From positions 13,764,001 through 13,828,000 of the forward strand of contig CATNEN010000038.1 of assembly GCA_950097015.1 (NCBI GenBank): DNA of 64,000 nt, read 5' to 3'. Below are positions 51,590 to 63,257 of this stretch, one piece after another; within the stretch, counting starts at the first letter, position 1, and each line of letters opens with the position of its first letter. The position numbers were made by a program, and so were the translations under genes. Below the pieces are notes generated by a model. That model did no database searches. It saw nothing but the letters and a program-made list of their open reading frames with translations, and was not told the DNA's origin. Source of the stretch: Macrostomum hystrix (Eukaryota; Animalia; Platyhelminthes).

Positions 51590-51910
51590 ATGACTGAATG
51601 TGAAGCCGATGAACAGTCCAATAATAAAGGAGGCAACAGCAAGTTCCTGCAATTCTGTCGTTCTGCTGGAATAACACCGCGAGAATGCCAAACTGGGGCT
51701 AATGCCGCTGCAACTGCTCAAAATCAGCTCAAAAAAGAGATTCGGCGCAGGGCCGCTGATCAGCTGTTGCTGTATAGAAGTTTGGCGCGGCAAAACTTCG
51801 AAACTCCTGTTTGTGACTTCTGGAAGTCTAACTGCACTAATCTTCCAGAGCTAGCTGAGCTTGCCAAACTATATTTGCTGCGCCAGCCACCTCCGTTCCT
51901 TCGGTGGAGT
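51590..51910 (+). mobile_element. hAT transposase C-terminal dimerisation-domain remnant
   Basis: CDFWKSNCTNLPELAELAKLYL, followed in a shifted frame by PATSVP. Confidence 0.65.
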
Positions 51911-52499
51911 AGGCCTTGTTCAACGGATAACTCAGGATTTCAGGATTTCAGGATTTTACCAGGATTTCTTCGCTGTAATTTGAAGTTACGGAGTCTCATT
52001 CAGTTTTTCTTACTGTTCTAGGCCTATTTTATAATATTTAATATCTCACTGAATGCCACCAAAGTTGTTGTAGGTGTAATTAGTTCCGCGGGGGGGTTTG
52101 GGGGGCGGCGAACTCCGAAGGACCGGTGCACGTCGGAAGGACGGGCCGAACGACCCTTGTGTCTGGACGCAAATGGAGGGAGGAGGACCCAGGTGCGCCA
52201 TCTTAGGACAGTTGCTCTAATGCCCCCAATAGGAGACACAAGCGTCCCAGCCTTCGCCAGAACGCCCCGGGGCTTTCGCACCCGGCGAGCACACACACTT
52301 ACAGGTCAACCCTACGCCAGACTCCCTCGTTCCATGCTTTACGCAGCCTCGAACCCATGCAGTCGCCGACTGCCGCCCGTTAGGGCATATTGGCAGTATT
52401 TTAGCTTCTGGTAAAGCGGGCAGAGACTCCGCTTTGCGCACTCCACAGGGGAGCTTACTAGGCGTTGGCAAGTAAGGACACCACTTGGCTTAGTTCGAC

Positions 52500-52869
52500 T
52501 CATATGCTCTATGACTCTATGATGGAGTTGAGACGTACCATATCCTCGTTTAGACTAGGAAACCATAAGCTCGCTTGCGAAACATTGCGAACTGCAAGAC
52601 CGAAAATTCCGTATGTGAATAGATTATGTAGTAAGTGCAAAACAGAAGTTGAAAACGAGGTCCACTTCCTTTTTAAGTGCAGTTGGAATATGTATAGCGC
52701 AGCACGTTCGAATTTTGAGAAGGAAATTTCTGGGAAAACTCCCAATTTCATATCCTTAACCGCACAAGAGAAATCTAACTACATAATGGCTCAAGACGAT
52801 AGGGAAACCATTGAATCTTTAGCAAAATACATCATAGATATCTCTAAAATAAGGGAACAGCTGCCCTGA
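52500..52869 (+). mobile_element. 5'-truncated non-LTR retrotransposon end (CCHC knuckle)
   Basis: FRLGNHKLACET...RLCSKC..EVENEVHFLFKC. Confidence 0.8.
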
Positions 52870-53438
52870 GACTACGAGCTCGTACGAGCGTATTAACATT
52901 TAACAATATATAGTTCATATTTTGTTTTATTCCTTGCGTCCCTTGTGTTTTTACTGCTATTATTTTTAATACCTTTGCTTTTGCTTTTCCCTTCCCAGCT
53001 CGATAGTTGAACAGAAGTCAACTTAGTGTGCACAGAAGTCTCTTTTAAGCTGCCATTTTTATGGCGATACTTTTTTAGTGTTATGTGAGAGTTTTGCAGC
53101 CAAGTCTTTGCTTTTCTACTGTTGTCAGTAGTCTAAATTGTATCTCTCACTAACTATCCCCTCAATAAGCGTATACGTTCCGCTCTGGCTGGCCCAAACA
53201 TAATCCCCATCCTGCGTAAAAACCTTAGCAGTTAAAAAATTCTACACTAATCAGCTTATTTTCAAGAGAGCAGTTTTTCCTAATGTTGAATATTCAATGT
53301 AAAATTATACATTAAAATGCATGTAAAATTGGTGCTCGGTCCGAATTAGGAAGACTACCACTATTATATAGTATTCAAAAAAGAAGCCTTCCATACTGGT
53401 CCTCAGTTCGGAGCCGACCAGACTCCATCATCGCGAAA

Positions 53439-54286
53439 TTGGTGGCAGATACAGAATACAGCGATGTTGGCATTGGGGAAGAAATGAATAGCGAAGCAAT
53501 GCGGAATTGCCAACAGGCTAGACAAAAAAAGTCCATCAAAACGCACAGGGAGAACTTTGAGTCCGAGTTCCGAAGGCACTGGACTCAGAGGATGGGAAAA
53601 TCAGCCAAGCTCAGCCACTTCTATTACACGTTTAAGAAAGATTTCTCCAGAGAAAATTACCTAAATAATAATCTCTAACCCAGAACAAAGGCGCACAATG
53701 TCCCGATTTCGTCGAGGAAACCACAAACTGGCCTGTGAGACATTGCGCACTGTAAGACGGAAAATCGCTTATGAAAACAGAACATGTCCAAAATGCAGAG
53801 TCGAGGTAGAGAGCGAAACTCATATTCTCTTTAGATGCGATTGGTCCGTTTATGTTCCAATTAGAAATAAATTCATGGACAAAGTGGCAGGCACTGTTCG
53901 AAATTTCGAAAGCCTAACAGCTGTTGACAGAATGGTGTATTTAATGACACAGGAAAGCACAGAATTAACAGAAAGTTTTGTGGACTTCATAGAAATATTT
54001 GATCGCAACTCGCAAAAAACACAATAGCTATTCTCCTTTCGGGTGCGAAGTGATTTCAGTCTCAGTTTTAATTTTCTCTTCAAATTTCAATATTTCATTT
54101 TCTTGTTTTATTGTCTTTGCTTACAAATTTCAAATATTTTATTTATTCACCTAAAATTAATCTTATGCATGCTAACTGTTTTTGTATCGCCGTTTTTAAA
54201 TCGAATCGTTCAGCCTTGCTACCAACATCAAATAAACAAAAAATCAGCACCCAATCAGCGTGCGCATTTCAATAATAATAATAATA
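53439..54286 (+). mobile_element. Second, diverged 5'-truncated copy of the same LINE group
   Basis: FRRGNHKLACET...RTCPKC..EVESETHILFRC with an upstream frameshift; (AAT)n tail at 54271-54286. Confidence 0.78.
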
Positions 54287-55291
54287 CAGTTTGGGTGTGG
54301 TCGCCAATGTACAGTGTGATTGAGGGTTGAGGGTTTCTCTAACATACAAACGATTCAAGTCAGTGCAAATAGCTAAGTTCTAGAGAGAAGCCAAATGCAC
54401 CTATATAAAATATAGGTACATCTATAGGGTCGCCTATATAAAATTGCTAATGGCGACCCTATAGTTCACGGTCTATGAACTTGGGGTCAGTGCATAATGG
54501 GCTTGTAAAATAGCTTTCTCGCCGTGAAACATTCTTAATCGTCTTCTGCATAGCAATAGAATACCGGGCACAGCCGGGCATATGGGGCTGTGCTTTGAGA
54601 CTGTCGCGGAAATCTCGTAAGCAGTTTTTCTTGCTGTTCTGACCTCCCTCTGTGGCTCTGTCTCTGTAGCCTGTCTGGCTCATAATTATTGATTTTCTTT
54701 AAGCCCTGTTGGCCCACCCCCCGTTTTCTAACCCCCCTCTTCGCTATGTACGCTCTGGTCCACCAGTACGCACCTCGATTAAATAAAAGGTGGGCTACGT
54801 CTCTGACGTGAGGCTCTTAAGATTCGTTTTCATTCTCTCGCACTAAACACGGAATCTCATTTTTTTCTTAACACGGCTAAATTTGTTTGCATGAAATTCA
54901 CAACAGAGACTGTCCTGCAGTGTCAGCTCACGGTCAGACTCTCGGTCAGATGAGAGGAGAGGCAAAGGACACAGCTTGCTATGCCTGTCTATTTACTAGC
55001 TAGGGGATGCATGTACAGATATGGGAAAGAGGAGCTGTATTGAGGAGCTTCTAACTGAGCTGTATTGTTCTGCAGTTACCTGTTCTCTCCAGAGCTGAGC
55101 GTTTATGAATCATCGGATTTATATAAAGTGTTGAGAGGGAGGGAAAAAGAAAACATTTCACTGAAAAATGAGAAATACTCATTTTTCTGTACAGAAACCA
55201 ATTGATTAACTGCCAAGAAAATTGAAATGGACTTCTAATCAGCCCATAAAATCCCTTGCTTAGTTTTGCTGTCGCTCTGAAAGTAAGTCAA

Positions 55292-56611
55292 ATGAGTCAG
55301 AGACGAACTCACTTATTTATTAACTTCCTGATTCTGTTAGGCGTCTCACTAGTTTGGCTGCTTGTTCAGCTGCCAAAGTCGGCCCGCATTGCACACGTCA
55401 AACGCAACGCAATCGTGAATGCCTGCTTGGGCGAAACCTCGAATTTGGAACTCGCCAGTCTGAGCGCCGTGACGAAGGCATTCGGCAGCGTCTGCCACGA
55501 CCTCAAGTGCCACGCGGCGCTTCAGTCAGCGACAGAGCAGGCCGTGGACCGGGTGCCCCGGATTCGGCACATCCTGTGGAAGAGCGAGCGAGTGTCGGTC
55601 TACTTTGCACAGCAGCTGAAGTCCTGGATCCAGATCCATCCGAACTGGACCTACGTTCTCTGGCGCGACAAGGATCTGGAAGGCTTTGTAGCCAGACAAT
55701 ACCCAGGCCTACTGTACAAGTTCCGGACACTGAAGCACCACATCATGCGAGTGGACATGATTCGTTACCTGATCCTGTACCGAGTGAGTCTTCTTCTCTA
55801 TAAAAATAAATCTTCCTAAATATTGATTCGAGCCGATTGTGAGGTGGCCTGACAAATTTTTATGTCCCTGCAGTTCGGTGGAGTGTACGCAGACCTGGAC
55901 TACACCCTGGTGCGGCCACTAGACCGGTTTCTCAAGTACCCGGCCACTGTGCCGATAACAGCGGAGGCCATTGCTATGATGTACTTCGGCATGAAGTGGC
56001 CCCCAGATCGACTGGCCAATCCGGCCCTGATGATCTCGGAGCCGCAGCACCCGTTCTTCTACTTCTGCATCCTGCAGTTGGCTGCCAACCCGAGTCAGGA
56101 AATTTTCCAGTTTGCCGGTCCCCTCGGCCTCTCCGCCATGGTGAATCGGTTTGCCATTGACTTCCAGATCTTGGCAGAACCAACTGGCATCATTTTTGTG
56201 CCGCCCTCTCGAGCCTTCGACGCATTCGCAAACAACAGTTTCAGGAGCAGCACAACCATCCACAAAAATAACTGGATAGCTATTCTGAGTAGAATGTGCC
56301 TACAAATCAAGAAGTCTAATTCATCAGCTGAACGGCTTCAGAAATATTGCAACGACGTCTACAACATGGACCCGATCACGAACAAGAACGACGTTTCGTA
56401 CGCTGTTCATGACACAAAGAAGCTGCGCACCTCTTACGACCCTCTAGGCTCACCGCAGTTCGCGAATCATTTAATGGATATCACAACAGTGGACCCGAGG
56501 ATCATAACGGCTGATCAGTTTATTTTAAGTATCAAAAGAAACGATTTTTTTCACAACGGTTCTGTAAGCATTGAAAAAAGTAATGGGACCGCCTTTGTGT
56601 GGACACGGTAG
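55292..56611 (+). CDS. GT32-family glycosyltransferase, paralog 3, about 409 aa
   Basis: Exons 55292-55783 and 55874-56611 (90-bp intron). N-terminal TM, VPRIRHILW, RVDMIRYLILYR|FGGVYADLD (DxD), PQHPFF, AGP motifs. Confidence 0.87.
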
Positions 56612-57152
56612 ATGGACGGAAAATATGTCTCTTAGCAAGTTTAAGGAAAATGCTGGTTTTCGCCAAAAAGTACACTACAGAGATAATACATATTCACTTT
56701 TTATACACAAATTAAGTGCATAATTTAGTTTTTTTATCCACAAGTTTCATTGGAGGTGGATCCAGCCTCATCTTTTGATATTTTTTGTTATAGCTGCATT
56801 GATTTCTATCGAACTTTATTTAAAAAACATCGATTTCATACAGTAGATTTTCTTTTTCTCTAAATGCCCTGCTCCGAGCCAAACAATGCTCGTTTGCGAT
56901 TAGCTATCGGCTCAACCGATTTTCACTATTGCTTCACCAAAATAGGTCAAATTGGCAGAAGCCGGCACACGTATTTTTATTAAGCAAAACTTTTTTCTAA
57001 GGAGAATAAATTTTCGAAAACCTGTTTTAGATATGATTATTTAATGCTTTCATTTTTACAACTTGCGCACAGTAAAAGACTCCGCTGGCAATTTAAGAGA
57101 TTGCACCAGAGCTTTTCGACAGTATTGACTGCCAAAGGCCCAAAGAATAGCA

Positions 57153-57300
57153 AGGCCCAACACTGACAGATATTAACGCCCAACACTGACAGATATCAAG
57201 GCCCAACACTGACAGATATCAAGGCCCAACACTGACAGATATCAAGGCCCAACACTGACAGATATCAAGGCCCAACACTGACAGATATCAACACTGACAG
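57153..57300. repeat. 23-bp array (AGGCCCAACACTGACAGATATCA), about 6 copies
   Basis: Read directly. Confidence 0.9.
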
Positions 57301-57574
57301 AACACTGCTCTCACTCATAATGAAGCTTGCGCGTAGTTGAATGAATAATTGAAAGAATTTTTTTATTTTAACTATTTTTTAATTACTTCCCTTTGCGCGT
57401 TGCGCTAAGCAAATACATTATTTTTCGAAGTGATTAAAGTTAGTAAACGTTGAGAGTAAAAGTGATGCTTGGTTACTACCTGATTGGGCCAAGTATCGCT
57501 CTAAAGCTAGAACACAACTTCACCCCCTTATTTGCCTAGCATTAAATTTAAGAACAGTAGTAAATTGGTTAGTT

Positions 57575-57940
57575 TGATTGGCAGGCTTGTCGAGGTGGCG
57601 GAAAGCGCTGACCTAATCCTCAAAACGCTGAAGACCGAGTTGCTAATTGTGCCGGACGAAACTCCAGCGGACCTGACGCACCGAGGCATATGAAGCTCGC
57701 TCGCTGCCGGAAATTCACCTACCCCAGCGGTCTCGCGCCCAAGGACTCGCAGAGGACTCACCTGGGTCGGTATGCGCCGCCCCCCTATCAAAACGCTGCC
57801 AGACCGCCAGAGGGCTCGGCTGTGGCAGGCGGTTATCGAGACCGTCCTGCTTTACAACTCCGAGGCGTGGACACTGACAGTGCGCTAAGATCGACAGCTG
57901 GACTCGGCGCACTCGTGGCTGCTCCGCGCGGTATGGATGA
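57575..57940 (+). mobile_element. Decayed RTE-clade LINE fragment
   Basis: RLVEVAESADLILKTLKTELL...RCRKFTY then AVIETVLLYNSEAWTLT..*..QLDSAHSWLLR, typical of the RTE RT C-terminal region; stops and frameshifts. Confidence 0.7.
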
Positions 57941-58720
57941 TGTGACCTGCCAGCTGGAGTCGCAACTTGGACGGGGCAGGCCGGCGTGGCAAAAGAGTGC
58001 CGCGTTAGAGACTCGCTCATCGCTGATTGGCGGCGCGTAGCATGAAGTCCATGAAGACGACAACTAGGTCCAACTGGCGAGTGTGCGGCGTGTGTCCTCG
58101 ATGATTCGGCGACAAGCCAGTCTCTGGCGGCATCGTCAGGGTGTTGGGCGGCTGGGGTGATGTGATTTCACAACGACGGAATAAAACTCGCGCCGCTCGT
58201 TCCCGCACTCATCCAGAGTGGGATCAATTTGGTAATAATTGAGACGAGGCTCCAGACAACGAAGATAAAACTGCTCAAAAGGAGTAGAAAATACGAACCT
58301 ATGTTTTGGTTGTATAAACCTTAATCAGCTTCCGTACGAATGCCAAGAGTAGTGATGCGCGCATTTTCGTATCTATGCTAAAAAAATCTGCGAAGCTAAT
58401 TGAAAAGTTTTCAAACGAAATTGACCCTAAATATAAAGAGTTTGTTACTTATTGTGGGTTAAAAACGAGCGAAATGTGCATCAGTGCTTCTACGAGTAAA
58501 TTGGTGGCTTGCATTCTAAAAGTTGAGTGCATTCAAACACAGCTAGAGCACTGCAATTAACTGCTACTATAGCCAGTCCGTTTATATGACGTCCAATTCT
58601 GTCACCTGCAATTGTGCATAATTCGGACCCGCATAAATGTGCGGTTCCGAAAGGTCTTTAAATGCCTGGCTTGGGTGACAAAAAAGGGTTAGCTCGATCT
58701 GGAGCTAGTGAGCAGAGAAA

Positions 58721-60007
58721 ATGAATAGAAAACTAACAACTCCAAAAGCCGGCTTTTCGCTTTTGGTATCAATAACAATCGCATTGCTGCTAATAGAGAT
58801 GCTAATTATGCGGAAATCGGCTCAAATTGCGCAAAATCTAACCAACGTCGAAGCTCGCTGCTCAAGGACGAGCTCAGGGAAGGAAATGACAAGGCTTATC
58901 GCCGTCGTGAAGGCGTTTGGCAGCGTCTGCCACGACCTCAAGTGCCACGCGGCGCTTCAGTCAGCGACAGAGCAGGCCGTGGACCGGGTGCCCCGGATTC
59001 GGCACATCCTGTGGAAGAGCGAGCGAGTGTCGGTCTACTTTGCACAGCAGCTGAAGTCCTGGATCCAGATCCATCCGAACTGGACCTACGTTCTCTGGCG
59101 CGACAAGGATCTGGAAGGCTTTGTAGCCAGACAATACCCAGGCCTACTGTACAAGTTCCGGACACTGAAGCACCACATCATGCGAGTGGACATGATTCGT
59201 TACCTGATCCTGTACCGAGTGAGTCTTCTTCTCTATAAAAATAAATCTTCCTAAATATTGATTCGAGCCGATTGTGAGGTGGCCTGACAAATTTTTATGT
59301 CCCTGCAGTTCGGTGGAGTGTACGCAGACCTGGACTACACCCTGGTGCGGCCACTAGACCGGTTTCTCAAGTACCCGGCCACTGTGCCGATAACAGCGGA
59401 GGCCATTGCTATGATGTACTTCGGCATGAAGTGGCCCCCAGATCGACTGGCCAATCCGGCCCTGATGATCTCGGAGCCGCAGCACCCGTTCTTCTACTTC
59501 TGCATCCTGCAGTTGGCTGCCAACCCGAGTCAGGAAATTTTCCAGTTTGCCGGTCCCCTCGGCCTCTCCGCCATGGTGAATCGGTTTGCCATTGACTTCC
59601 AGATCTTGGCAGAACCAACTGGCATCATTTTTGTGCCGCCCTCTCGAGCCTTCGACGCATTCGCAAACAACAGTTTCAGGAGCAGCACAACCATCCACAA
59701 AAATAACTGGATAGCTATTCTGAGTAGAATGTGCCTACAAATCAAGAAGTCTAATTCATCAGCTGAACGGCTTCAGAAATATTGCAACGACGTCTACAAC
59801 ATGGACCCGATCACGAACAAGAACGACGTTTCGTACGCTGTTCATGACACAAAGAAGCTGCGCACCTCTTACGACCCTCTAGGCTCACCGCAGTTCACGA
59901 ATCATTTAATGGATATCACAACAGTGGACCCGAGGATCATAACGGCTGATCAGTTTATTTTAAGTATCAAAAGAAACGATTTTTCACAACGGTTCTGTGA
60001 GAATTGA
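58721..60007 (+). CDS. GT32-family glycosyltransferase, paralog 4 (tandem copy of paralog 3 with different N-terminus)
   Basis: Exons 58721-59218 and 59309-60007; offset 3435 bp from paralog 3; C-terminus shortened by a 2-nt deletion in a T run. Confidence 0.85.
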
Positions 60008-60069
60008 AAAAATAAATGGGACCGCCTTTGTGTGGACACGGTAGATGGACGGAAAGTATGTCTCTTAGC

Positions 60070-61066
60070 AAAAGTTTAGGAGGTTTAAGATTAAACATGA
60101 AAATCTGATTCGAAAGCAGCTCAAACTCTCAACGAAAGTTTTCCGATAAACACGCTTGCCGATCTCATTCTCAACTTCAATGCTCTGTGTCTGAGACAGT
60201 GGAAATCCGGCCTCATCGGGTGTTTGGTCCACAGCTTTCATTGTCTGGATTATAACTTTGACGAAGAATTGAATTTTCTGACCAAAATATTTCAACAAAA
60301 AGGTTATCCTAGTGCATTTATTCACAACCACATAAACAAATTCGTCTCTGAAAATAAAGTCAAACTGGCTACTGCTAAATCTGATTCCCATTGATTTCAA
60401 CGAACCAACTCTTGTCCTCCCTTTCGTCGGTTATCCTTCCGAATTCTTTAAAAACAAAGTTTGCTAAATTTAAATCTGCTAAACTCGCTTAATCGCAACA
60501 TTCGCGTCGTTTTTCGTTCTGCTCAAGTTGGCGATTTCGTCGGTCGGTTGAAGTCGCGTGTTCCCTTCAGTCTTCGTGCTGGTGTCATTTATCACTTTAA
60601 CTGATATGAGGATCAGAGCGCCTTCTACGTGGGGAAGACTAAAAGGCACCTGTACATTAGAATCAGGGAGCACTGGCTGAAACCGTCGGCTATCCAAAGC
60701 CATCTCTTAGAATGTAATAGCTGCTCCAACTGCAAACCAGAAGAACGCTTCAAAGTCATGGACCAATGCGCCCTTGACTCCAAATAGCAGATTCTTGAAG
60801 CCTTGTACATTGAAGCTCATGCCCCCAACCTCAACACTCAACTCCAACACTACAGTGGCGCGGGCCATGTTCTCCCCGTGTTGCTTGGGAGGGGTATTGG
60901 CTGTACATTCTGTTCAGTTGGTTGTAACCCTAAATGCTCGTCCCTGAACTTTGCCTCTCGATTTCCGGACTAACAATGTTCTAACAAAATATTTATTAAT
61001 GAATAAACATAAATAAATAAGTGTTTAATAAACATAAATAAACATGAAGATGCATACTGTTGTGCG
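60070..61066 (+). mobile_element. Decayed Penelope-like element (RT thumb plus GIY-YIG endonuclease)
   Basis: LILNFNA...WKSGLIGCLVH...FDEELNFLTKIFQQKGYP; LVLPFVG; GVIY...YVGKTKRHLYIRIREH...EALYI...PNLNTQ; several stops. Confidence 0.85.
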
Positions 61067-62391
61067 TGTCACGAGTATAGCGTCTGTGCACAAGTTTGTA
61101 CACCCGTCTAGGTGTATATGCTATAGCGTTCTCTCTCTCTCTCTCATGCTACCATATTATGTAATAGCGTCTGGCTCTGCATGTGCTACTTATGTAACGA
61201 CTGAAGCCAAATAGAATGTGTAGCGCTTTGCTCTCGTCCGCGCTCATCACATGGCATCCCAAGCTACAGTAATTTAAAAGTGCCTGGACCTGAAACCACC
61301 CGGAGAGTTGGAGACCGACTCCAACGAGACTTGGAAACGATGGCGTCAGAAATTCATGATCTACCTCAGGGCCACAAGCATTGTTCAAGAAGAGCGCCGA
61401 ATCGATTTGTTCCTGCACCTCATCGGTGACACCGGGCTGGACATCTACAACACACTAGAATTTGAAGACGGTGAAGATGAGGAAAAAAGCACCGCTGATA
61501 AACGCCGAACTCTAGAAGAGTTTTGGTATTTTTCGATGAGCATTTTAGCCCGCGCACTAGCGAAGTCTTCGAACGATTCAAGTTCTGGGAGCGAGACCAG
61601 AAAGAAGCGGAGCCTGTGGACCTATTTGTGACCGATTTGAAGCGCCTGGCCACAACGTGCAACTTCGACACTCAAAAAGAAAAGATCCGGGACAAGATCG
61701 TCTTGGGCTGCAATGACTCTCGAATGCGAGAGCAGCTGCTCCGAGAACCGGAGCTTGATCTGAGAACGGCGATCGACATGTGCCGAGCTGCTGAATCCGC
61801 CAAGCATCAGATGAAGGAAGTCGAGAAAGGCCTGAACTCCATAAGAGCGTCATCTTGGTTAAGTCAAGTGACCACACGACAGCATTCAAGCATTATAGCC
61901 ATGGCAACTCAGCACCCAGCGCACAAGCAGACACTCGAAGTCAGCTTGGAGTGAACGCCGCTCGCACAGCTCCGACTCAGCAGTTTGCACGCTGCAACCA
62001 CTGCGGATACGGTCATCGTGAAGGCAAGTGTCCTGCTTTCGGTAAGCGATGCTTGAGTTGTGGCCGCATGAATCACTTCCGTAGTCAGTGCCTGAGTAAG
62101 AGCCAGAAAGTCATGACTGTGGGTGTCGCGGAAGTTGCTGAGCCCCGTCCGGACGGGGATGAGGTTTGCTTCATCGGAACACTGCAGTCTGATGGTGAAT
62201 CAGCTTGGTTAGCCGAAGTCCAGCTGCCAAATGGTGAGAGGCTGATATTTAAGATGGAAACTAGAGCAGAGGTGAACGTGTTGCCTGCTCACCTGCTTCC
62301 GGCTGGGGAGCAGCTGTGCGCCACTCGAACAGTTCTGACTGCCTTTGGTGGAGCGCGCATTCCGGTTCTTGGGAAGTCCGCGCTCATCACA
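61067..62391 (+). mobile_element. Internally deleted Ty3/Gypsy element (5' LTR, gag, protease start)
   Basis: GTGCG 5-bp TSD on both sides; LTR 61067-61251 (TGTCACGAG...CTCATCACA) then PBS-like TGG; gag LKPP...WKRWRQKF, ERFKFWERDQ, CX2CX4HX4C knuckle; mutated protease FKMETRAEVN; frameshifts. Confidence 0.9.
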
Positions 62392-63257
62392 GTGCGAAAC
62401 GCGTCATTAATCTAATTAAATCGAATACTGCATGTTGATTTTCGCATTTCTATTTCACAACTGTTCTTATTCCATTCCAGTTGACGTTTTCAATACACAT
62501 GCACTCATAGGAATTTATCATATGCCTCCGCTGTATTTAAGTATGGAGCTCAGTCATTTCTTTCAATTCAATGGCACAATGGTATTGCTTCATGACAGTA
62601 AAAAACGAAACCTTTTTGCTTAGCTTTAGTTGTGGGCTTTACTCTCCGACACACTGCTCAGATTTCTTTCTTTATTTTGATTCAGCTGTTTCATTCTTTC
62701 AGACTGTGCACATGCAAGCATTTTGAAAAAAGGAATGAAGTACGTACATATTTATCGAATGTGCCAGTCTGTTGACGTATAGAATGCCAGCTCATAAGTT
62801 GAATGCGGTGCAAGTGGATGAAATGCAAATTTCAAAATGCACTGCTATTGTACGAGTAATGTAAAAAGGCGCTAAATTAGAGGTAATAAGAATCGAGAGA
62901 CAAAGGCGCCTCTGCAAAACTTGCGCAGTGTATATACGAGTACAATGACACACTGTTGTTTTTCACACACACGAATGACATAGATGTCGCTCAAAAAGTA
63001 CCTCGGCTCTAATAGTACATTTTGCCAAATAGCCACGAAATGCAGGAAAGCGGAGACAACCATGGAGAAAAGTAAATATTGGTATACTGCAACAATCATT
63101 GGGTATTAAGTAAACTGACGTGCCGGGGTTTGAGTCGTGAATGAACCGTGAACTGTGTTGAGCAAGTGAACTGTGGTTGATCTGCAGGCCTGCGTGCCAG
63201 CCGCACTCTGACCCAATGTACGCAGCCTGAATATTGATTATTGATGTACTCAACACC

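Noticed and set aside
52375-52390. Telomerase template-like CCCTAAC in the structured element
   Set aside because: Only 7 nt, under 1.5 repeats, and embedded in a hairpin.
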